From Candidatus Latescibacterota bacterium (GTDB lineage: Bacteria; Latescibacterota; UBA2968; GCA-2709665): DNA of 64,000 nucleotides. Location of the stretch: the NCBI GenBank assembly GCA_965226795.1, contig CBDDDZ010000003.1, positions 64,001-128,000 of the forward strand, written 5' to 3'. Both the position numbers and the translations under genes were made by a program. The notes below the pieces were generated by a model. It saw nothing but the letters and a program-made list of their open reading frames with translations, made no database searches and was not told the DNA's origin. Positions within the stretch are counted from its first letter, which is position 1, and the number at the start of each line of letters is the position of its first letter. Shown here one piece after another: positions 49,161 through 58,003 of the stretch.

Positions 49161-51047
49161 TCCTAAAATAAGCGAGTTTCGTTTGCGGCACATCGATCTG
49201 TGTTTGTGGTGAGGCGTTGGTGTCGATTTATATGGAATTGGCGTTTTGGATGATCTTTGGGGCGGTGTTTGTCGTGGTCGCTATCGTGAATTGAGTATCC
49301 GAAGTGTCGGTCAGGCGCGTGGTGGACACACCGGTGCGTTGAGGGGTGTGGGGATGGCGCGGCGTGTGTGTGTCATCGGTCGTGCTGCATGGGTGTTATC
49401 CAAATCCGGTGCGTTCAATGATACGCCAGGTGCTGAAGAGGCGATCGAGGGTGGGTTGATAGCCGATGAGGCGCAACGTGGTGGTGTGCGCGCGTTGGAT
49501 GACGTGGCAGGGAATCAAGATGATGCTGTGGATGAAGCGCCGGAATTCCATGCGGACGTACTGCTGTCGGTCCAGGTGTCGGTGCATCATCATGGCAAAC
49601 CAGGATTTGAGGTTCCAGGCCAGGGCGGCGATGACCATGTAGGCCCAGTTGCTGACCAGGTCATACAGGGGCACGCGCAAGGCGTTGACGCCGTTTTTGA
49701 GTTGCTCGATGACGTTCTCCTGATCGCAGCGTTGGTTGGCACAGGCGACGATCTCGGCGGGGCTTACGTCCGTGCGTGTCGTGATATAGAAGAAATAACG
49801 GCATTCGTCGAACAGGACAAGGTCGCCCTTCATTTTACTGATGTTCTTGCGCAGGACCACGACGCGATACACACGTTTACAGCGCGTGGGTTGGTAGTTG
49901 AACTCGGCCACGTGTTCGTGGTTCAGCACCAGGTTGGCGTAGGCCCGTTTGCGGACGATGCGCTGTTTCTCGTGGGGCTGATTGCGCTTCCGCTTCTGGT
50001 CGGTCACGGTGTGATAACGGGGTTTGCGTTGCAGGGGCTGCCATTGTGCCTCGTCGAGGGCCTCAGCACGGGAACGCATCGTCGCGTTGGCGTCCATCCC
50101 GAAGATGAAGTCGACGCTTTTGGCCCAGCGATCAAAATGTCGGGTCAAGGAAAAGTCGGTGTCGCCACGTACACAGAGGCGCTTGGCGTGGGGCTGCACC
50201 AGCGCCAAGGCCGCGTCGATCCAGGGTGCCGCACCGGTGTGGCTGGGCACATTCCCCGGTCGGTTGACCAGGAAGAGCACTTCCTTCGTGTTGGCCAGTG
50301 AGATCACCAGCGGATGGTAGCCCCAGATGCCCTGGTAAGAGATGTCCATACCCCTCTTGCGCTTTCCATACGTCGGCACGTTTGTGCCGTCCACGTCGAT
50401 ATAGGTGATGTCACAAAGCAATTTGCGCCCACGCGATGCCCACAAGGAGGATCGCACCGCGTTGATGCACGCCATCAGTTCGACGATGTCCCGTTCCGAG
50501 AAGCGTCGGCAAAAGTCACCCGCCGTGGTCGGATCGGGAATCAACTGAGCACCCAGGGCATTCATGTAGGCCCCGTCATGTCGCAAACGCTCGATATCCT
50601 CCAGGCGCGTGCCGCCGCACAACACGTTGTAAGCGATGTTGAGCACGTGGTCCGACTCATGATAGGGCAGATGCACCTTCAACAGGGACAGCGACGCGTC
50701 GATGCGCTTGGGCAGTCCCAGCTTGGTGACCAGGCGATGCACGGCGCCGATGCCTCCGTAACTCATCGCGTCGGTGTAGGCGCCCACCTCGTAGTGCACT
50801 TTGCCAGGACTGAACATGGGCCGGGGCTGCGCCTGCCAATGCCCCGCTCGACCGTGGCGGGCGGCCACTTTGCGTTTGCGACGAGCACGGTTCCTGCGGC
50901 TGTCATCAACCGATATTCTTTTCACCGGAAAGGTCTCCTGCGTTGGAGTGATGATTTCTAGCGCAATCCATCTATCTCCAACAACGGTAGGCCTTTCCGG
51001 TCTCTTGGACCAGAAAAATCTCACCATCACGCTTGTTTAAGGACTAG
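49157..51047 (-). mobile_element. IS1380-family insertion sequence, copy A
   Basis: Ends CTAGTCCTAAAATAAGCG ... CGCTTGTTTAAGGACTAG; near-identical inverted copy at 54249-56140. Confidence 0.92.
49396..50925 (-). CDS. IS1380-family DDE transposase
   Basis: IDVDGT, GYHPL, RPGN, RGDTDF and RCDQENVIEQLK; probable GTG start after the RBS CAGGAG. Confidence 0.92.
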   Translation of the reverse strand: MKRISVDDSRRNRARRKRKVAARHGRAGHWQAQPRPMFSPGKVHYEVGAYTDAMSYGGIGAVHRLVTKLGLPKRIDASLSLLKVHLPYHESDHVLNIAYNVLCGGTRLEDIERLRHDGAYMNALGAQLIPDPTTAGDFCRRFSERDIVELMACINAVRSSLWASRGRKLLCDITYIDVDGTNVPTYGKRKRGMDISYQGIWGYHPLVISLANTKEVLFLVNRPGNVPSHTGAAPWIDAALALVQPHAKRLCVRGDTDFSLTRHFDRWAKSVDFIFGMDANATMRSRAEALDEAQWQPLQRKPRYHTVTDQKRKRNQPHEKQRIVRKRAYANLVLNHEHVAEFNYQPTRCKRVYRVVVLRKNISKMKGDLVLFDECRYFFYITTRTDVSPAEIVACANQRCDQENVIEQLKNGVNALRVPLYDLVSNWAYMVIAALAWNLKSWFAMMMHRHLDRQQYVRMEFRRFIHSIILIPCHVIQRAHTTTLRLIGYQPTLDRLFSTWRIIERTGFG

Positions 51048-54000
51048 AGGGACATAGCGGGCGCGTCACGTCCGTGGCATTTTCACCCGATGGAAAGACA
51101 CTCGCATCGGGTTCCGATGATGAAACGGTCAAGGTCTGGAATGTAGCGACACAGACAAATATCGCTACCTTTGAGGGACACCGTTCCTGGGTGAGTTCTG
51201 TTGCGTTTTCGCCCGACGGCACTACCATCGCTTCTGCGTCTAGGGATAATGTTTCAAGTTCGTGGGATAACGCCGTAAGACTCTGGGACGTGGCTACCGG
51301 AAAAAATGTAGCCACATATAGACATGTAGATAATATCTCTACGACATATAACTCGCCATGGATTGTTTATCAGCCTTCTGGCCAAGCGCAATTCGTCTAT
51401 TCTGTAGCGTTTTCGCCTGACGGCACTACCCTTGCCTCCGGGGCAGGGCCTTGGGTCGGGAATGGAACAGCCGTTTTGTGGGATGTTTCAGAATGGACCA
51501 GCCCGCGGCCTCACACGATTCAAACAATCTCGGGCAATGGCCAGCAATCATCGCCCGGTTCAGCATTGGCAAATCCGTTCATCGTTGAAGTGAGAGATCA
51601 GAATGGCAATCCCCTACAGGGTGTACGGGTCACGTTTACTGTCACTGCCGGGGATGGGAAACTAAGTGGCAGGTTTGGTGTTGAAAACGCTGTTACCGAT
51701 GCCAGCGGTAGGGCTCAACGGACCTTAACACTTGGCCCAAATCCTGGAGCAAATGCTGTTAAGGCATCTGTTGTGGGGATTGTCGAAGATTATGAGACTA
51801 CGTTTAATGCCACGGGTATTGGAACCCCCACCACGCCTACAATAGATGGTGGTGATTATAGCACGTGGCACTTGCCAAACGGCACCATCGCTCGACTGGG
51901 AAAGGGAAGCATTGGTGGTACCGTTGCGTTTTCTCCAGATGGACGAACGCTCGCTGTCTCCGGAGGCATTGGAGTCTGGCTTTATGAAGTTGCGACACAG
52001 AATGAACTCTCGCTGTTCACGGGGCATCAAGGAACTGTGAGATCCGTAGCTTTCTCTCCTGACGGTACCATGTTGGTTTCCGGCTCAAGTTCATCGTACA
52101 GTGGTACACTGAAGTTGTGGAACGTCTCGACGGGACGCGATATTGCAACCTTTGGAGGTAACCGCACTTGGCGGCAAGCAATCGGGTCAGTGGCGTTTTC
52201 ACCAGATGGAAACTCAATTGCTGCCGGTTCTTACGGCGAGGTTAACCTTTGGGACGTTGCCTCGAAAACAAAAATCGCTACCCTTGCGGGGCATACACGA
52301 TGGGTTCATTCCGTAGCCTACTCCCCAGACGGCAAGATGCTCGCCGCAGGGCTCAATGATGACAAAGTCGAGCTTTGGGATATTTCCGCAAGGACGAAGA
52401 CGACATTGACACATGAAGGTTTGGTAGGGTCCGTCGCATTTTCTCCCGATGGCAGGACCCTTGCTTCCGCTGGTACTGGTATCGTTAAATTGTGGGATGT
52501 AGCAACACGGACCGTTGTCAACACACTTAAAAATACATTTGGCCCCGTGGCATATTCTCCAGATGGCACTATGCTTTTTGCAGGGGATAAGCTGTGGGAT
52601 GCTAATGCAGCCACAAGTCTAGCTACGTTTGGCGGACGAGCGAGTTTCGTCGCATTTTCACCCGACGGGAGAACACTTGCTACAGGAACGAATGTGTATG
52701 TTAGCTTGTGGGATATTCAGACACATAATAACGTCACAATAAAGCATAGTACCGGAGTTAGATCTATCGCATTCTCCCCTGACGGAACAACCCTTGCATC
52801 AGATGGATCGGGATCCGTCCAGTTGTGGGATGTAGCGAAGCAAACAGAAATCGCAACTCTTGATGCTCGTGGACCAGTTGCGTTTTTTCCGAACGGTACC
52901 ACGCTCGTGACAGGGAACAAACTGTGGAATGTCCCAACCCGGACGAATTTCGCGACACTTTCTGGTTTATTTCATTCCGTTGCGATTTCGCCTGATGGAA
53001 CGATCCTTGCATCAGGAGGTGTGGGAAGCACTGTCAAGCTCTGGGACGTTGCGACGAGACAAGAGATCGGCACGCTCGAAGGACATACAGGCGACTTCAA
53101 CAGCGGTGCCGTTCAGGCCGTGGCGTTCTCGCCAGACGGAATCACACTTGCTTCAGGGTCGAGGGACAATACGATCAGGCTGTGGAATGTGTCGACAAGA
53201 CGAAATATCGCGACACTTCAAGGGCATAGTAAGTTCGTTGAATCGGTGGCATTTTCGCCAGACGGCGAAACGCTCGCGTCAGGGTCTCGGGATAGAACTG
53301 TCAAGCTGTGGAATGTGACGTCAGAACAAGGTATCGCCACGCTGAGGCATCGAACCGAGGTTCTAACCGTTGCGTTTGGGCCTGATGGTAATTCACTTGT
53401 TTCAGGATCAGCGGATGGTAGCGTTCTACTATGGGACCCTGTATCAAAAGAGAATACCACTTCTCTTAGCGGACATACTGGGTGGGTAAGGTCAGTTGCG
53501 TATTCATCTAATGGTACAACATTAGCCTCTGGAGCAACGGATGGCACGGTTCTCCTTTGGGATATATCCTCGCTGGGGTCAGGCACGTCACCAGAGGCCT
53601 CCTTTTCACTATCCCTGGACGGAAATCTCGCATCCGGTAATCAGGGCGTCACAACGCTCGACGTTAGTTCCGGGTCGGTTGTCCCGATACAGCTCTTTGG
53701 TAACGATATCCGGGGTGTAAACGGTGTTTCCGCCCGGTTTGAATTCGATGTGGCTCAGGTCGATTATGACGGGTTCGATCCGGGAAGCCTGTTGCCGAAT
53801 GCGCAGGTGCTCGCGGTGCCTGCGACCAATCCAACCGCCATCGATGTCAGCGTCGTGTCTTTTGGCGGGCAGGCTGCGGTCGATAGCGGAATCGTGGGCA
53901 CCATACGTTTCCGCACGACGGACGGGTTTTTGGGTTCGACGATTCGGATGGTGACCGCTGAGATCGGACGCGGAGACGAGCGCGAGAGCATAACGCCATC

Positions 54001-54208
54001 TGATATCGCCGTCACCCTGAGGCTGGCTGAACCGTCGCCGGACTTCAACGGAGACGGCAAGGTCGATTTTGGCGACTTTGTGGCATTTGGAATGCACTTC
54101 GGCGCAAGCCTGGGCGATTCGAGGTACGACCCGAAGTACGACCTTGATCAAGACGGCATGATCGGATTCGGGGATTTCCTGATATTTGGCCAGGAGTTTG
54201 GCACGTAA
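51044..54208 (+). pseudogene. 5'-truncated WD40-repeat protein with Big_1/Ig-like, cohesin-like and dockerin-like domains
   Basis: Frame starts mid-repeat at the IS end (CTA GAG GGA CAT = LEGH), with an in-frame TAA at 51038 and no signal peptide. Many VAFSPDG/LWDV repeats; the rest of the ORF is intact. Confidence 0.8.
53597..54208 (+). repeat. Shared 612-bp C-terminal coding module (cohesin-like plus dockerin-like), copy 1
   Basis: Same length as and collinear with 59525-60136; many long identical stretches. Confidence 0.9.
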
Positions 54209-54248
54209 GTATGAACTCTGAATCGTACGGTGATTCGAAGTGAACGTT

Positions 54249-56140
54249 CTAGTCCTTAAATAAGCGTGACCGGTGAGATTTTTCTGGTCCAAGAGACCGG
54301 AAAGGCCTACCGTTGTTGGAGATAGATGGATTGCGCTAGAAATCATCACTCCAACGCAGGAGACCTTTCCGGTGAAAAGAATATCGGTTGATGACAGCCG
54401 CAGGAACCGTGCTCGTCGCAAACGCAAAGTGGCCGCCCGCCACGGTCGAGCGGGGCATTGGCAGGCGCAGCCCCGGCCCATGTTCAGTCCTGGCAAAGTG
54501 CACTACGAGGTGGGCGCCTACACCGACGCGATGAGTTACGGAGGCATCGGCGCCGTGCATCGCCTGGTCACCAAGCTGGGACTGCCCAAGCGCATCGACG
54601 CGTCGCTGTCCCTGTTGAAGGTGCATCTGCCCTATCATGAGTCGGACCACGTGCTCAACATCGCTTACAACGTGTTGTGCGGCGGCACGCGCCTGGAGGA
54701 TATCGAGCGTTTGCGACATGACGGGGCCTACATGAATGCCCTGGGTGCTCAGTTGATTCCCGATCCGACCACGGCGGGTGACTTTTGCCGACGCTTCTCG
54801 GAACGGGACATCGTCGAACTGATGGCGTGCATCAACGCGGTGCGATCCTCCTTGTGGGCATCGCGTGGCCGCAAATTGCTTTGTGACATCACCTATATCG
54901 ACGTGGACGGCACAAACGTGCCGACGTATGGAAAGCGCAAGAGGGGTATGGACATCTCTTACCAGGGCATCTGGGGCTACCATCCGCTGGTGATCTCACT
55001 GGCCAACACGAAGGAAGTGCTCTTCCTGGTCAACCGACCGGGGAATGTGCCCAGCCACACCGGTGCGGCACCCTGGATCGACGCGGCCTTGGCGCTGGTG
55101 CAGCCCCACGCCAAGCGCCTCTGTGTACGTGGCGACACCGACTTTTCCTTGACCCGACATTTTGATCGCTGGGCCAAAAGCGTCGACTTCATCTTCGGGA
55201 TGGACGCCAACGCGACGATGCGTTCCCGTGCTGAGGCCCTCGACGAGGCACAATGGCAGCCCCTGCAACGCAAACCCCGTTATCACACCGTGACCGACCA
55301 GAAGCGGAAGCGCAATCAGCCCCACGAGAAACAGCGCATCGTCCGCAAACGGGCCTACGCCAACCTGGTGCTGAACCACGAACACGTGGCCGAGTTCAAC
55401 TACCAACCCACGCGCTGTAAACGTGTGTATCGCGTCGTGGTCCTGCGCAAGAACATCAGTAAAATGAAGGGCGACCTTGTCCTGTTCGACGAATGCCGTT
55501 ATTTCTTCTATATCACGACACGCACGGACGTAAGCCCCGCCGAGATCGTCGCCTGTGCCAACCAACGCTGCGATCAGGAGAACGTCATCGAGCAACTCAA
55601 AAACGGCGTCAACGCCTTGCGCGTGCCCCTGTATGACCTGGTCAGCAACTGGGCCTACATGGTCATCGCCGCCCTGGCCTGGAACCTCAAATCCTGGTTT
55701 GCCATGATGATGCACCGACACCTGGACCGACAGCAGTACGTCCGCATGGAATTCCGGCGCTTCATCCACAGCATCATCTTGATTCCCTGCCACGTCATCC
55801 AACGCGCGCACACCACCACGTTGCGCCTCATCGGCTATCAACCCACCCTCGATCGCCTCTTCAGCACCTGGCGTATCATTGAACGCACCGGATTTGGATA
55901 ACACCCATGCAGCACGACCGATGACACACACACGCCGCGCCATCCCCACACCCCTCAACGCACCGGTGTGTCCACCACGCGCCTGACCGACACTTCGGAT
56001 ACTCAATTCACGATAGCGACCACGACAAACACCGCCCCAAAGATCATCCAAAACGCCAATTCCATATAAATCGACACCAACGCCTCACCACAAACACAGA
56101 TCGATGTGCCGCAAACGAAACTCGCTTATTTTAGGACTAG
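54249..56140 (+). mobile_element. IS1380-family insertion sequence, copy B
   Basis: Ends CTAGTCCTTAAATAAGCG ... CGCTTATTTTAGGACTAG. Confidence 0.92.
54372..55901 (+). CDS. IS1380-family DDE transposase
   Basis: Same protein sequence as copy A in the ORF track; one synonymous Gly change (GGG/GGC) noticed. Confidence 0.92.
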   Translation: MKRISVDDSRRNRARRKRKVAARHGRAGHWQAQPRPMFSPGKVHYEVGAYTDAMSYGGIGAVHRLVTKLGLPKRIDASLSLLKVHLPYHESDHVLNIAYNVLCGGTRLEDIERLRHDGAYMNALGAQLIPDPTTAGDFCRRFSERDIVELMACINAVRSSLWASRGRKLLCDITYIDVDGTNVPTYGKRKRGMDISYQGIWGYHPLVISLANTKEVLFLVNRPGNVPSHTGAAPWIDAALALVQPHAKRLCVRGDTDFSLTRHFDRWAKSVDFIFGMDANATMRSRAEALDEAQWQPLQRKPRYHTVTDQKRKRNQPHEKQRIVRKRAYANLVLNHEHVAEFNYQPTRCKRVYRVVVLRKNISKMKGDLVLFDECRYFFYITTRTDVSPAEIVACANQRCDQENVIEQLKNGVNALRVPLYDLVSNWAYMVIAALAWNLKSWFAMMMHRHLDRQQYVRMEFRRFIHSIILIPCHVIQRAHTTTLRLIGYQPTLDRLFSTWRIIERTGFG

Positions 56141-56166
56141 TTCGCTGAATCGAAGACCTTAGTCTT

Positions 56167-57549
56167 ATGCAAATCTCACGTATAAATCCATACCGCTTCG
56201 AAGTTCTCGTGATGTGGTCCAGAGCGGTTCCGCAATATGCTCCAACAGCAGAATGCTCCGTTTGGTCTACAGATGACGAACGACTCCTCGGTGTTGTAAT
56301 CATTGATCTCACGGACCGCGACTACAATTTCGTCATATTCGCTCGTGATAAGCGCGGGCGCTTTCGTTGCGTGGATGTCGGCGAAACGTATTTCACGCGG
56401 CGTTTGGCGGAGAAAGCTTTAATCCACCGCATGCCGGTAGTGCATGCCAGAAAAGACGTCGTTTTTGAACAAGGAGACGAAGCCGGAAAATCCCTCGATT
56501 TTTTCACGCCTCAGTTGCCCAACGATCGGCTTCATTCCAATTTCCGTACCCTCGCTGACGGCCCGGGGTATTCAGCAGCGCGGAAAATCATCTCCGAAAT
56601 GGCACATGTCTTCAAGGAGCCGGATGGCAATTTCATTAAGGATTTTCAATCCACGGGTTTCAACAGCCGCCTCTGGGAACTATACCTGTTTGCGGCGCTC
56701 GTAGAGGAAGGATTCAAGCTTGACAGAAGTCATGCACAGCCGGATTTCATCGCAAAGACCGGCAATGGACGAAAAGTCGCGATCGAAGCGACTACAGTCA
56801 ACCCCACGGTCGGCGATGACGGAGAACCTGTGGATCCGCCGACACCAAAAAGCTCTGAAGAACTGAAGAAGCTGCGACGCGATTACATGCCTATCAAATT
56901 TGGCGGTCCTCTGTACGGGAAACTGAAGAAAAGGGATTGGGAGAGAAGCCACATTAATTGCTTGCCTTACATCATTGCAATAGCTGATTTCCATGGTCCT
57001 CAGACCATGACTTGGTCGGGACCGGCGTTGTCTTCGTATTTGTTCGGGTTGGAAGTAGATTCAGACCGATCGACCAAAACCGGGCGACCCTGGCAGTATA
57101 GGCCGATTGAGAAACACACGTGGAAGGAAAAGCAAATTCCGTCCTGTTTCTTTGACCAACCGGATGCTGAGAACGTCTCCGCTGTGGTGTTCACGAACGC
57201 AGGAACGCTGGCCAAGTTCAACAGGATGGGCGTCCTTGCCGACTTCGGCGATCCAAATGTTCGAATGATTCGGCAAGGAACGATGTTGAATCCGGAAACT
57301 GAATCCACTGCGCCAATCGAATTCACAATCGATGTTGACGACCCCAAGTACAGCGAGGGGTGGGCGGACGAAATCCAGGTTTTTCACAATCCAAACGCAG
57401 TCAATCCACTAGATCGAAGTTTGTTCCGAAAGGCAACGCACCATTTTCTTAAGGATGGCCAGGTAAAGTCATACTCTCTGCCATACAAAGTACTCCAATC
57501 CGTAACAATTGTACACTTGCAAAAAGCCGACGGAAATGCGGAACGTTGA
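56167..57549 (+). CDS. Hypothetical protein with a PD-(D/E)xK-like nuclease motif
   Basis: 460-aa ORF; FNSRLWELY...QPDF...VAIEAT spacing resembles a restriction-endonuclease-like active site. Confidence 0.6.
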   Translation: MQISRINPYRFEVLVMWSRAVPQYAPTAECSVWSTDDERLLGVVIIDLTDRDYNFVIFARDKRGRFRCVDVGETYFTRRLAEKALIHRMPVVHARKDVVFEQGDEAGKSLDFFTPQLPNDRLHSNFRTLADGPGYSAARKIISEMAHVFKEPDGNFIKDFQSTGFNSRLWELYLFAALVEEGFKLDRSHAQPDFIAKTGNGRKVAIEATTVNPTVGDDGEPVDPPTPKSSEELKKLRRDYMPIKFGGPLYGKLKKRDWERSHINCLPYIIAIADFHGPQTMTWSGPALSSYLFGLEVDSDRSTKTGRPWQYRPIEKHTWKEKQIPSCFFDQPDAENVSAVVFTNAGTLAKFNRMGVLADFGDPNVRMIRQGTMLNPETESTAPIEFTIDVDDPKYSEGWADEIQVFHNPNAVNPLDRSLFRKATHHFLKDGQVKSYSLPYKVLQSVTIVHLQKADGNAER

Positions 57550-58003
57550 GTGGCCGAGTTCTTAGACTCGCGAATTAAGAATAGAGTCGCAGGGAGGAAT
57601 TCGCCCGGCGACGCCCTTCACAAACCGCTGGCTAGTTTTATCTCCCAACGAATTGCGAGAAGCGGAAATGCCTGGAAAAATGCCCATTTCATTAGAATAC
57701 CCGAAACATAATGTATTTCTTCGATCTTGCGACATTTGGCGCTGTCGTAATGCTCTATCTGAGTATGTTTGATGAAAGTGCCGGCCTTTGATTTCTGGGC
57801 TCATTTCTGGAATTGGGGTTTCTGCCTTAGCGCCATGTTCGGTAGTGCTCGAGAATCGATACTGTAACAATCAGCTGATTTTCTTCTGATCCTCCGAAAT
57901 GGTCTTCTTCTTCTATTGAGTCCAATTTACAGCTAATGCAGATGGATAGAGAGTCCGATTCTAACTGGATCGTAACACTTTCGTGCAAAAACGGGAGAAG
58001 TCC

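Noticed and set aside
51048..54248. Simple IS-mediated inversion as the cause of the WD40 truncation
   Set aside because: Joining the inverted right flank (56141 onward) to the WD40 frame gives a stop within 7 codons and no WD40 sequence.
57562..57870. 102-aa minus-strand ORF or possible gene remnant in an AT-richer spacer
   Set aside because: No recognisable motif or RBS; cannot be supported without a database search.
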